Shown here piece by piece: positions 19,874 to 29,105 of a stretch of 64,000 nt of DNA; position 1 is the stretch's first letter, and every line of letters begins with the position of its first letter. This DNA comes from a virus. The notes beneath the pieces are model-generated. The model did no database searches. It was given only the letters and a program-made list of their open reading frames with translations, and was not told the DNA's origin. The stretch is taken from positions 35,751 through 99,750 of IMG/VR virus record IMGVR_UViG_3300044639_001193; one strand, 5' to 3'. The position numbers and the translations under genes are program-made.

Positions 19874-20713
19874 ATGACAACTGAATTAAAGCGTTTTCTA
19901 GACGCAAAGAAACGTGAACCACGTCTCGTTGGAGATGTTGAACGTCACCTTATGCGTCGTCCGTTAGGTGACCGTTCTACAACAGTTCTGCACCCTTCAG
20001 AAATGATTAAAGATGATTTTTGTTTAAGGTATTCGTATTACCTTATGACAGGCGGAGAACAAAAGCAAGAAAAGCCAAACCTTCGTCTTCAATCTATTTT
20101 TGATGAAGGCCACTTCATCCATGAAAAATGGCAAACATGGTTTCATGAGATGGATGTTTTATACGGACGTTTTCAGTGCAAGCACTGCGGTACTTCTGTT
20201 ACAGGCATATCACCAAAGTGGTGTTTAAACTGCGAAGACCGTCGTATGGAATACAAGGAAGTCACACTCATAGACAATGACCTTCGTATTGCAGGGCACA
20301 CAGATGGTTGGATTAAGGGTATTGGCGAAGATTGCTTAATTGAGATTAAATCAATTGGGGCAGGAACTTTCCGTTACGAAGCACCCGACCTTCTTAGAGA
20401 CAACGATGGTGACATCTTTAAAGCATTTAACGGGATTAAACGACCATTCCGTAGCCACTTGTTACAGGGTCAAATGTATTTAGAGTTAGCACATCGTATG
20501 TTTGGTGAACAAGCGCCAAAAGAAATTGTATTTTTATATGAACTAAAGGCAGACCAAGCGTATAAAGAATTCACGGTAAAAGCAGATTATGAAATTGTAG
20601 ACCGTATTTTCTTTAAGGCTGAGAAAGTTATTAAAGCAATCAAGGATGAAATAATGCCTGAGTGCAACATAAGTCCAGAAGAAGGTTGTAAATCATGCAA
20701 CTTGATTCCATAA
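19874..20713 (+). CDS. Cas4-like exonuclease
   Basis: HPS...C.R, G..IH, GHTDG, IEIKS, Q...Y, terminal C.....C..C. Confidence 0.8.
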   Translation: MTTELKRFLDAKKREPRLVGDVERHLMRRPLGDRSTTVLHPSEMIKDDFCLRYSYYLMTGGEQKQEKPNLRLQSIFDEGHFIHEKWQTWFHEMDVLYGRFQCKHCGTSVTGISPKWCLNCEDRRMEYKEVTLIDNDLRIAGHTDGWIKGIGEDCLIEIKSIGAGTFRYEAPDLLRDNDGDIFKAFNGIKRPFRSHLLQGQMYLELAHRMFGEQAPKEIVFLYELKADQAYKEFTVKADYEIVDRIFFKAEKVIKAIKDEIMPECNISPEEGCKSCNLIP

Positions 20714-21162
20714 CAGTTAAAGACCAACTCATTAACGCTAAGCAACCCAACTATGACATGGTTAAGTTGCCACCAGATATTACTGCTTTGTCTAGTGAAC
20801 AATTAGCAGAGATGTTTACGGTGTTAACAGGATGGGCAGACTACATTGCTACTCAACTAGCAAATGCTCAAATTATGGAGAAGGTTGCTGAGAAAAAAGT
20901 AGACCGACTTATTGCGTCACTAACTGTAGACAAAATGGGCGCTGCAACAAAAGCAGATAGAGTCACTTTAATCAAAGCACAAATTGCAATAGACCCAGAT
21001 GTACAAGACCTAGAAGACAGACACCATCAAACATACGCCCAACGCAAAGCGTGGGAAGTTATGTTGACTAACCAGGAACGTGATATCACACTGGTATCAC
21101 GAGAGATAACTCGTCGTACTTCAGACCAACGAGCAATGCGAAAGGATTACAACGGCGCATGA
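20695..21162 (+). CDS. Hypothetical helical protein
   Basis: 155-aa ORF; SREITRR near the end. Confidence 0.6.
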   Translation: MQLDSITVKDQLINAKQPNYDMVKLPPDITALSSEQLAEMFTVLTGWADYIATQLANAQIMEKVAEKKVDRLIASLTVDKMGAATKADRVTLIKAQIAIDPDVQDLEDRHHQTYAQRKAWEVMLTNQERDITLVSREITRRTSDQRAMRKDYNGA

Positions 21163-21695
21163 TTATTGGACTATCAGGTTACGCACGTTCTGGAAAAGAT
21201 GAAGTAGCAAAGATTTTGGTAGAAGAATACGGCTATAAACGAATTGCGTTTGCTGACAACATTCGTAAATTGTTATACGCAACCAACCCTCAAGTAGGTG
21301 GGAACAGGTTACAGTTTTTAGTAGAAGACTATGGTTGGGATGTTGCTAAGTCCCAACCCGAAGTACGTCATTTGTTACAGTCTTTAGGCGTTGCAGCACG
21401 CAATCTTTTTGGAGAAGACTTTTGGATTAATAGTGCATTAAGACATTTAGAAATTCAAAAGAACTATGTTATTACCGATGTTAGGTTTGCTAATGAAGCA
21501 GACACTATAAAACTTAATGTAGAGTCTCAAATATGGCGCATTAAACGCAACGGTGTAGAGGCAGTAAACGGGCATGTATCAGAGCATGATATGGATAGTT
21601 ATCAAGTAGATATGATTTTAAAGAACGAGGGTACTTTAGAAGACCTACGAACATTGGTTCGTAAGCGTATGGAGACTTCCCTCAATGCCAACTAA
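21159..21695 (+). CDS. Deoxynucleoside monophosphate kinase
   Basis: IIGLSGYARSGKD, AFAD, R.LLQ.LG, ITDVRF.NE, H.SE. Confidence 0.9.
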   Translation: MIIGLSGYARSGKDEVAKILVEEYGYKRIAFADNIRKLLYATNPQVGGNRLQFLVEDYGWDVAKSQPEVRHLLQSLGVAARNLFGEDFWINSALRHLEIQKNYVITDVRFANEADTIKLNVESQIWRIKRNGVEAVNGHVSEHDMDSYQVDMILKNEGTLEDLRTLVRKRMETSLNAN

Positions 21696-22266
21696 ACTTA
21701 TAGAAGGCGGATTAAGTAAAGCAGGAGACATAGCGTTAGGTATAGACCAGTCGTTAACAGGTTTTGCTTTAACAGCATTAAGCGTAGAAGACCCCAGTAA
21801 ACATTTAACGTGGGTTTATAAATCTCCTTATTTTGGTATTGAAAGATTAGTAGATATTAGACAGTGGTTAGTAGACCACTTTATGTGGTTTGAAGAACAG
21901 AATTTAGATGTAGTAGACATTGCAATGGAAGGCACAGTACTAGCCAGTCATGCAGCCCTTGTATTGGGCGAGTTATCTGCAACAGTGCGGTTAGCAATAT
22001 ATGACCATTATGACGATTACTTACGATTCCCCCTTAAAGTTCCGCCAATGACGTTGAAGAAATATGCAGCAGGCAAGGGCAATGCCAAGAAACAAGAGAT
22101 GTTGTTACAAATCTACAAACGTTGGGGTATGGAGTTTAATGACGATAATGCTGCTGATTCGTACGCATTAGCCCGATTAGTATCAGGAAGCACTGATGGC
22201 GCTATTGAGGCAGCAATTGTTGAGCAAATGAAAGATGCCAAATACCGAGACCAACCAGCGATTTAG
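21685..22266 (+). CDS. RuvC-like Holliday junction resolvase
   Basis: LGIDQSLTG, AMEG, LKKYAAGKGNA.K, DN.ADSY.LA. Confidence 0.85.
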   Translation: MPTKLIEGGLSKAGDIALGIDQSLTGFALTALSVEDPSKHLTWVYKSPYFGIERLVDIRQWLVDHFMWFEEQNLDVVDIAMEGTVLASHAALVLGELSATVRLAIYDHYDDYLRFPLKVPPMTLKKYAAGKGNAKKQEMLLQIYKRWGMEFNDDNAADSYALARLVSGSTDGAIEAAIVEQMKDAKYRDQPAI

Positions 22267-22286
22267 CCTTACCCTTTAGGTTAGGA

Positions 22287-22610
22287 GTGGCACACCAAAC
22301 CGAACCAAAGGACTATAAATTGAATACACCCCCTGAAGTATCTGCTGAAGAGCCGTTCCTACGTGTCAGCGCATCCTCAAATCCGCAGAGCGTTGCCTCA
22401 GCAATTGCTCATGCCATCTACGATAAGCATGAAGTAAAACTCCGTGCAGTAGGTGCAGGCGCAGTAAACCAAGCAGTTAAAGCAATTGCTATTGCCCGTG
22501 GATACGTGGCACCTCGTGGTATGGATTTAACAGATAAGCCAGGATTTACCACCATTCAAAGTCGTGATGGTGAAATTTCCGCTATCGTGTTTCACATTAC
22601 AGCGTCTTAA
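22287..22610 (+). CDS. spoVS: SpoVS-family protein
   Basis: LRVSASSNPQSVASAIA...AVGAGAVNQAVKAIAIARGYVAP.G.DL...PGF. Confidence 0.9.
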   Translation: MAHQTEPKDYKLNTPPEVSAEEPFLRVSASSNPQSVASAIAHAIYDKHEVKLRAVGAGAVNQAVKAIAIARGYVAPRGMDLTDKPGFTTIQSRDGEISAIVFHITAS

Positions 22611-22646
22611 AACAGCCTTATCCTTATCCAAGAGCAAGGAGTCAAA

Positions 22647-23105
22647 ATGGCACTATGGACATCAATGGGTCACGCAATGCGTCGTCGTATGGGCGCCCCA
22701 TCCTCACATCATGAAGCGGCAGGTAAATCTATGAGTAAATCTGTTCCAACAACAGAAGAGATTCTCGCTTCTGCAGCACATTCAAAGTCACCACGTCGCT
22801 ACATGGGCATGGATGCAGCAAAGTTCACTAACGCAAGTGGTACACCTGAAAAGGGAAACCTTATGCCAAAGAAGAACGCACAAGCATCTGACCCAACAGC
22901 AGGCGGCAAGGCGAACAGAGCGAATGTTTCTGCAGGAAGCGCAGCACAATCAGAACGTATGGGAGCACGTTACAACATTAACGTAAAGTTTCCTGTAGGT
23001 CATGACCCAGCAGCATCTGCAACAATGGGAAGTGCAAAAATTGTTCCATCAATTGCAGGGCGCCAAGCACCAAATTTTGGCGACGGGATTAGTAGCGTAC
23101 GCTAA
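22647..23105 (+). CDS. Basic low-complexity hypothetical protein
   Basis: AAGGAG RBS; 152 aa. Confidence 0.65.
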   Translation: MALWTSMGHAMRRRMGAPSSHHEAAGKSMSKSVPTTEEILASAAHSKSPRRYMGMDAAKFTNASGTPEKGNLMPKKNAQASDPTAGGKANRANVSAGSAAQSERMGARYNINVKFPVGHDPAASATMGSAKIVPSIAGRQAPNFGDGISSVR

Positions 23106-23374
23106 TGTCAATCCTATCTTCTTCAGAATTTATGGATGATAATTTTTCTGGTCAACCAACTCATCATGGCCCAGATACTGACCCACCATTGTCATTAAGT
23201 TCTAGCACCACAGGTTCTGCTAACCAAGCAACTGCTTGGCGTAACAGAGGCCTTGGTGGAGGAAGACCAATGTCTTACTCAAGCAAGACTCGTGGAACTA
23301 CATTTAGTTTTGATGATGCAAAACAAACTACGTTACCAGAGGCAGATAAAGGCGCTAGTTTCGGAAAAGGATAG
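23105..23374 (+). CDS. Hypothetical protein with N-terminal LSSSEF
   Basis: TAATG coupling. Confidence 0.6.
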   Translation: MSILSSSEFMDDNFSGQPTHHGPDTDPPLSLSSSTTGSANQATAWRNRGLGGGRPMSYSSKTRGTTFSFDDAKQTTLPEADKGASFGKG

Positions 23375-23377
23375 TTT

Positions 23378-23914
23378 ATGGCAGGCGGCACTAACAACTA
23401 TTCAGCCACACAAAACTGGCAATCACTTGGCGGCGGCGGTCTGTATGGTTATAACAATCAAGGTGGTGCAGGAACTTCTGTAGCCCGTGACAGTATGGAT
23501 GCTTCCCGCATTGGTGTGGGAAGAGTTCCGTCTGCAGAATATCCAGATGGTTACCTTGGTACTATTCGTTCACGTCGTGATGACCGTTTACTTGATAGCG
23601 TTAAGAATCGTGTAAACCAAAAAGCATATCAACGTGGTGTACACAAGGGTGAGCGTATTGAGCCATCCATGTATTTTTGGCCTGAAAACATTAACGATAT
23701 GTCAGGCATTGAACGTCAAATGAAAGCAGCACGTGTACGCATCAATGGCGTCAACGTTTATCAAACAGAACGTGCTGCTCCACAAATTGGATTGACCCCT
23801 GCACCTCACCTAGTAAACGACGGTAAAGCAAACACAATTGCTACAGAGCCAGGACAAATCAATGAACGTCGCCAAGCAATGCTCGCTTACTTAAGGCCAG
23901 CGTGGTCTAATTGA
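23378..23914 (+). CDS. Hypothetical protein
   Basis: 178 aa; YPDGYLG..RSRRDDRL. Confidence 0.65.
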   Translation: MAGGTNNYSATQNWQSLGGGGLYGYNNQGGAGTSVARDSMDASRIGVGRVPSAEYPDGYLGTIRSRRDDRLLDSVKNRVNQKAYQRGVHKGERIEPSMYFWPENINDMSGIERQMKAARVRINGVNVYQTERAAPQIGLTPAPHLVNDGKANTIATEPGQINERRQAMLAYLRPAWSN

Positions 23915-24273
23915 CACAACATACTGATGGAGTATACGACTACACAAAACCGTGGCGTCCACCAATCCAACCTGACCAGGTAGCAAAGCGTTACTCTTAT
24001 AACGGCCCATGGTCAACGAATATGGAACGTTTAACTCAACAAGCCTTAATGGTTATGCAAATTCCTGGTGCTGATATTCAAGCAATGGTTCGTCCACCAT
24101 TGCCACAAATTCGTTTGTTTCCAGACCGTTATGGTTATGGAGACCGTCGTTCCCCAGGTATTGCAGACGTAGTAACTATTGACCGTGTGTATGCAGAGCC
24201 ACGCATCTCTTGGTTCTCAGGAGGTCCTGCAGGATTTAGCGGAACATCTACAAACTCTTTAGGCGGCATCTAA
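23911..24273 (+). CDS. Hypothetical protein
   Basis: Coupled 120-aa ORF. Confidence 0.6.
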   Translation: MTQHTDGVYDYTKPWRPPIQPDQVAKRYSYNGPWSTNMERLTQQALMVMQIPGADIQAMVRPPLPQIRLFPDRYGYGDRRSPGIADVVTIDRVYAEPRISWFSGGPAGFSGTSTNSLGGI

Positions 24274-24857
24274 TGTCTAAAGAAGATGCGTTTCCTCATT
24301 TTGTAGAGTACTCACCTAAAGAGGCTGGACACTTTAAAGCGTTTATTCAGCGTGCAAAAAAAGCAAGCCCAATGGGTGCAGCCGTTGATGTGCACAAAGT
24401 AAGTGACTACAAGAACATGCGTATGTTCTCAACTTCAGATGGATTAGCGGGGTACGCAGTAAACCAAGCAGGAGAAATTAACTCAGTATTTAAACATCCA
24501 GATGCACCGTATCAAAACGTTGCTCGCCATGCTGCAGAGCACGCTGTGTTAATGGCTGGTGGAACACACGCCTCAGCATTTGACCCTAAGTTGCCAGACA
24601 TGTATGCCAAGGGTGGATTACGTCCACTGTCACACGTTCAATGGAATGAAGATTACAAACCACCTAAATGGAAAGTTAAAGCCCAAGGTCGCCCAGATGT
24701 AGCATTTTTAGGCGCAGACCGTTCCGTTGCTAGAGAAGCAAACTCAGGCAAGTTAAACTACAAAGCAATGAGTACTCCTGAAACAACAGATTACGACACA
24801 GGTATGGGACAAGCAAAAGCCCATGGCGAAGCAGAGACAAAGAAACGGGGTAAGTAA
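24273..24857 (+). CDS. GNAT-like protein
   Basis: GLAGYAV...GEINSVF......A...GG.....FD..LP.MY...G pattern. Confidence 0.5.
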   Translation: MSKEDAFPHFVEYSPKEAGHFKAFIQRAKKASPMGAAVDVHKVSDYKNMRMFSTSDGLAGYAVNQAGEINSVFKHPDAPYQNVARHAAEHAVLMAGGTHASAFDPKLPDMYAKGGLRPLSHVQWNEDYKPPKWKVKAQGRPDVAFLGADRSVAREANSGKLNYKAMSTPETTDYDTGMGQAKAHGEAETKKRGK

Positions 24858-25060
24858 TGGATATGGAAGGCGGCGGATTCCCGCTAGAAATTCAAGCCAA
24901 GCAAGTTGCAGAGAATGCAATGCGCTATGGCGGTTCATTGCCATGCCCATCTTGCGGCGTTATTATGAACCCAATAGAAGCCATGTACAGCAAAGGTAAT
25001 TGCGTTAAATGCTATAGCCAGATTCAAGCAAAGCGTGCTAAGAATCGTATGGTTGGATAA
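24857..25060 (+). CDS. Zinc-ribbon protein
   Basis: CPSCG...CVKC. Confidence 0.6.
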   Translation: MDMEGGGFPLEIQAKQVAENAMRYGGSLPCPSCGVIMNPIEAMYSKGNCVKCYSQIQAKRAKNRMVG

Positions 25061-26091
25061 TGGCACGTAAAAAGAAGGTTATTAAAAGCGACGCTGCTAA
25101 AATGGACGTTGCTCCACATATACCGATGAGTGAAAAGTCAAAAGATATTGGTGCTGTCAAATCTTTAATTCCTGATTCTGCAGGAGTTGAAAAAATAGCA
25201 AGCATGGAACCAAATGCATTAAAAGAACATTTAAAGACTGCTCAACTTGACCGTACAACAGTTGACGCCGTTATGAAACGTCACTTGGAAATTCAAGGTT
25301 CAAAACCTAAACCAGTTAAACCAGCCGTACTTCGTGACAAGACAACTGGACGAGCAATCCCACGAGTTCCTGCAACTCCTACAAACGTTAAATCACCTGA
25401 CCCTCAAACGCCAGGAAAAAGATTAACAGCGGTTACTGGAGAAACAATTCGTCCAGCAACAAACCCAGAATTAAAACGTGGAATTCCTTCCAGAGTTGTT
25501 CGTGACCAAACCAGACCAACACAATCGGCAGGTCCAAGTCTTCCACGTATTGGTCAAATTTATAAACATAGCGATGGACGCATGATGCGTGTTAATCCAG
25601 AAAATATTGATGAAGTACACTCAGATGCAAAGCGCACAGTTTTGCCAACAGCAGGTCGTGACGTAATGATGCCAGAAGGTCGTCCAGCACCACTTCCAGG
25701 ACCTCGTGGCGGAGTACGAGTTAACATTCCTAAAAACACCAAAGGTAACCGTTCTGGTCTTGGTGTTGACCACGCTACGGCAAAAGAACACGTGGATAGA
25801 GCAGTAGGCCACCTAGATGCTATGGCGTCGTCAGAGCACGGAAGCGGCGTTTACCGACAAGCCCAAAAGAGTTTTCAGGTTGTACATGGAGCAATTGGGG
25901 AAAAGAACATGTCCAAACCCATTCATACCATGCTTCAACTAGCCCATAACCACATAGATAGCAAACTTCCTGGTACAGAAAAGATGTTAAACGCAACAAA
26001 AGAAGCCGTAGGAGATACACTTAAAGCAGGAAAAAAGGCAGAAGAGGAACGTACGTTCCGCCAGATACAGACCGACAAAGGTGGTAACTAA
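25060..26091 (+). CDS. Basic Pro-rich hypothetical protein
   Basis: 343-aa TAATG-coupled ORF. Confidence 0.7.
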   Translation: MARKKKVIKSDAAKMDVAPHIPMSEKSKDIGAVKSLIPDSAGVEKIASMEPNALKEHLKTAQLDRTTVDAVMKRHLEIQGSKPKPVKPAVLRDKTTGRAIPRVPATPTNVKSPDPQTPGKRLTAVTGETIRPATNPELKRGIPSRVVRDQTRPTQSAGPSLPRIGQIYKHSDGRMMRVNPENIDEVHSDAKRTVLPTAGRDVMMPEGRPAPLPGPRGGVRVNIPKNTKGNRSGLGVDHATAKEHVDRAVGHLDAMASSEHGSGVYRQAQKSFQVVHGAIGEKNMSKPIHTMLQLAHNHIDSKLPGTEKMLNATKEAVGDTLKAGKKAEEERTFRQIQTDKGGN

Positions 26092-26450
26092 TGTTATTTA
26101 ATGACCGTAAAAAAAAAGCAGCACCTAAACCTTCAATGAAACCTGCGATGAGCGAAGACGGTAAGTCTTATCAAGTCAGTAAAAACGTAACTGTACGAGG
26201 TTCCGCAAAGATGTCATTAGCAGGCAATGCTGGTCGTGGAAAGATTGACCCTAGAGATTTAAAAGGTGCAGCACAAGCAGTTCGTCAAAATGTAAATGCT
26301 GTTACTCCTATTTCAAAATCAGAAGCAAAAGCAAATGCTCGTGGACTAAAGGCTGCAAATTCAAAGAAACAACCTTCTCCTTTAAGTCAAAAGATTGCAA
26401 AGAAGATGTATCCAGCAGGAGTGCCAAAAGATAATAAAGGTGGTTACTAA
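26091..26450 (+). CDS. Basic protein, N-terminal MLFNDRK
   Basis: Coupled ORF with shared motif. Confidence 0.65.
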   Translation: MLFNDRKKKAAPKPSMKPAMSEDGKSYQVSKNVTVRGSAKMSLAGNAGRGKIDPRDLKGAAQAVRQNVNAVTPISKSEAKANARGLKAANSKKQPSPLSQKIAKKMYPAGVPKDNKGGY

Positions 26451-26451
26451 A

Positions 26452-26658
26452 ATGGCAGTTAATTCATCACGCTCAATGAACAAGTCTTTAGACGAGGGCG
26501 CAACAGATGGTAAGTACCGCAAGGTGCGTCCAGATACTGAAGTTATTCCAGGTCTTGGAGACTCAGCAACTGTAGACAACCGTGCATCACTCAACCCATT
26601 TTACAATTATGGTTTTGTAACAACAGAGTTTCCAACTAAGGTAAACCCAGGTAAGTAA
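26452..26658 (+). CDS. Hypothetical protein
   Basis: Start MAVNSS follows AAAGGTGG. Confidence 0.6.
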   Translation: MAVNSSRSMNKSLDEGATDGKYRKVRPDTEVIPGLGDSATVDNRASLNPFYNYGFVTTEFPTKVNPGK

Positions 26659-26660
26659 CC

Positions 26661-26870
26661 GTGGAGTTCAATGACCGTAGGTCCGTACCTAAACACAAAC
26701 ACGAGTGGTATAGCGTGGGTGGCGATAATTATGGTCCTGTTTTTGATATGTGTGTAGCAAAAGAAGGTTGCACAGCAGAACGTCACAATGAAGAACGTAA
26801 AACTCCAAAAAGAGTAAACGGTTCAACATCGTTGTATGCAACACGCACTTACCCTGAAGGAAAGAAGTAA
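26661..26870 (+). CDS. Small protein, N-terminal MEFNDRR, H.H.W...C....C
   Basis: Shared motif; possible Zn ligands. Confidence 0.6.
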   Translation: MEFNDRRSVPKHKHEWYSVGGDNYGPVFDMCVAKEGCTAERHNEERKTPKRVNGSTSLYATRTYPEGKK

Positions 26871-26872
26871 TC

Positions 26873-27085
26873 ATGGAGTTTAATGACCGTCGTAAATTTG
26901 TCACTAAAAAAACTGACAAAGGCATTCACGTTGAAGCAACCAATGACCGCAATGACTCTGGCGGTGCTATTTACGCAGTTGATTCAGCAGAAAAAGCCAT
27001 TGAATTACACGCAGACCGTATAAAAAAACAATCGTTTGCTCCACGTAATAAGAAAAGACGTTCAAAGGGAAGGAACTACTTGTAA
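26873..27085 (+). CDS. Small basic protein, N-terminal MEFNDRR
   Basis: Shared motif. Confidence 0.6.
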   Translation: MEFNDRRKFVTKKTDKGIHVEATNDRNDSGGAIYAVDSAEKAIELHADRIKKQSFAPRNKKRRSKGRNYL

Positions 27086-27087
27086 TC

Positions 27088-27369
27088 ATGGCTGCATTTG
27101 ACCCAAAAAAATCTGCAAGTGCAAATTACCTTGCTGGTCTTCAGGCTGCACGTAAAGCCAGTGGAGCATTCTCTAAAGTACAACCTTTAATTGACGCTCA
27201 CTTAAACCGCGACCGTTCAATTGACAAAAGTATTGTTTCTAAAAAAAGAACACCTAAAAAGGCTACAGTTAAAAAACCAAACGAAATGGGTCCAACTAAC
27301 TACACGCCAAAAAAAGGTAAAAATAAACCTAATCCAAATATTGAACATGCACCAATAAGAGGTAAGTAA
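27088..27369 (+). CDS. Lys-rich hypothetical protein
   Basis: Tightly packed ORF. Confidence 0.55.
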   Translation: MAAFDPKKSASANYLAGLQAARKASGAFSKVQPLIDAHLNRDRSIDKSIVSKKRTPKKATVKKPNEMGPTNYTPKKGKNKPNPNIEHAPIRGK

Positions 27370-27371
27370 CC

Positions 27372-27590
27372 ATGAGAACAGCGATAGGCGCACCAGACCC
27401 TGGTGATTTTGAGCGTAACCAACCTCATAATTTGTTCAATGACCGTCGCATTGGCGGCAAATCAAAGAACCGTTCTTTTGCTCAATCTATTTTTACAAAG
27501 AAAAACCCACCAAGATTAAAACCAGACAAGAACCAACGTGGCGTTGAACGCGGCGGCGGTTGGTCAGAAGGGCCAATGTATAATGGCTAA
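27372..27590 (+). CDS. Basic protein with internal LFNDRR
   Basis: Shared motif. Confidence 0.55.
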   Translation: MRTAIGAPDPGDFERNQPHNLFNDRRIGGKSKNRSFAQSIFTKKNPPRLKPDKNQRGVERGGGWSEGPMYNG

Positions 27591-27876
27591 AAAGATTAAG
27601 TACTCTGATATGTCGGTAGAAAAAGTGCGTCCATCTGGAGCCTACGTCATTTCCCATTTATCTGACGGTGTATTGAACTCTAAGCAATACCAGGGGTACA
27701 CTAAGAAACAAGCAATGAAATTACACAAAGATAATTACGAAAAGGGTTTAACTCCACGTAAAGTTACGGCCCAAAATAAACGAGATGCTATGGACGCTGA
27801 ACTTGGCGAATCGTATGCAGATAATGCTTTGGATAAAAAGATAAACAACAGATTTTCTAATGAAAGGAAAAAATAG
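27583..27876 (+). CDS. Basic hypothetical protein
   Basis: Start MAKKIK. Confidence 0.55.
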   Translation: MAKKIKYSDMSVEKVRPSGAYVISHLSDGVLNSKQYQGYTKKQAMKLHKDNYEKGLTPRKVTAQNKRDAMDAELGESYADNALDKKINNRFSNERKK

Positions 27877-27878
27877 TA

Positions 27879-28211
27879 ATGGCTAAAGCACGCAGAGTTA
27901 CACACAAAACCGTAGGCGAAGCCGTTGCTAACCGTGAGCGCTTTGAAGGCCCAAGCAGCCGTGGTGGAGCACCTGACGAAGTAGGTAGTACACTTGGTCG
28001 TCTGTCTGAAGGCGAAGCCGAAACTATGAAACAGCACAATCCTTCGTATGTGGTAAAGTCATACGACACACCGATTGCGTGGCATTCAAGTGACTACGGA
28101 TGGCACGTTGCTAACGACAAGCACAGCCAGACAACTTCACGTTTGCAGAATAATATTCGTCGTTCATTGAACGGGCACTTTACGTCAGGGCACGACGCAG
28201 CAAAAAACTAG
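27879..28211 (+). CDS. Phage hypothetical protein
   Basis: YVV.SY.TPIAW.....W......S.TTS..Q pattern. Confidence 0.6.
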   Translation: MAKARRVTHKTVGEAVANRERFEGPSSRGGAPDEVGSTLGRLSEGEAETMKQHNPSYVVKSYDTPIAWHSSDYGWHVANDKHSQTTSRLQNNIRRSLNGHFTSGHDAAKN

Positions 28212-28244
28212 CAAAGATTTAAACCGAACACTATAAGGAGCACT

Positions 28245-28799
28245 ATGAGTAACGTCCCATTACTGGGTCAACGTGACCAAAAACCAGATGAACCAATGTT
28301 TCGTTTGTTACATTGCCTTGTTTGTGACACTTTAGAAGAACTACCGCCTTATGACGGAGACCCAGAGTTAGACCATTTACTAGCAATTGCTTGTGAGCAA
28401 CACGTTTTTCCTTCAGGGGAACCCCACAAAGGTAAGTTATTTGTTTTGCCGTTGCGTACCTGGGCAAAAACTGAATCTAAGAAAGAAATTATCCGCCAGA
28501 TTAAAGGTGGAGGCTCTAAGGGTTTAGCAGAAATAGATGACACTTTCTATGAGTCACGCTCTACTTTCCTTGACGATGCAATGACTTGCTATGGACGTCA
28601 CAATAAGCCAAAAGACGGTTGCGATGATTGGCAACACTCCAGCAAACTTCTTATACCTAACACCGCTAAAGAACGTAAAGCAGAAGGTATGGCAAAGTAT
28701 CAAGACGAAGCAGGCCCAAAGACGTATCTGTGCAATTTCTGCCCAGTATCAATTGCTGTAAACCAACGTAAACAAAGACTACTAGAAGGACGACCATAA
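28245..28799 (+). CDS. Cys/His-rich hypothetical protein
   Basis: CLVC, C..H..P...C.DW, LCNFCP; AAGGAG RBS. Confidence 0.7.
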   Translation: MSNVPLLGQRDQKPDEPMFRLLHCLVCDTLEELPPYDGDPELDHLLAIACEQHVFPSGEPHKGKLFVLPLRTWAKTESKKEIIRQIKGGGSKGLAEIDDTFYESRSTFLDDAMTCYGRHNKPKDGCDDWQHSSKLLIPNTAKERKAEGMAKYQDEAGPKTYLCNFCPVSIAVNQRKQRLLEGRP

Positions 28800-29086
28800 T
28801 GGCTGAAGAGACACCAGACGTACAAGCATCTTACGTAGTAGCAATTAACCATGATGGTTCAGTTACTACCCAAGCACTTACTGTAGGTGTTGCCCGTAAA
28901 GCAACCACTTATGATATCTACCAAACTAGCAAACAACTGTCGTCTGAAATTGAAGAGATGTTATTGGCAGACCGTATTGCAAAGCACATCGTTGATGCAA
29001 TGCAGCCAGCCAATCCCACAGAGGAACAGCGTAAAAAGATTGCTGAAGCATTATCAGAACGCGGGATAGACCCCTCACAAGCCTAA
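28799..29086 (+). CDS. Hypothetical protein
   Basis: TAATG coupling. Confidence 0.6.
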   Translation: MAEETPDVQASYVVAINHDGSVTTQALTVGVARKATTYDIYQTSKQLSSEIEEMLLADRIAKHIVDAMQPANPTEEQRKKIAEALSERGIDPSQA

Positions 29087-29105
29087 AACCCCCTAAACTA
29101 TTATC

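Noticed and set aside
19874-20713. Cas4-like gene as evidence of a CRISPR system
   Set aside because: No repeat-spacer array or other cas genes; stand-alone Cas4-like nucleases are common in phage recombination modules
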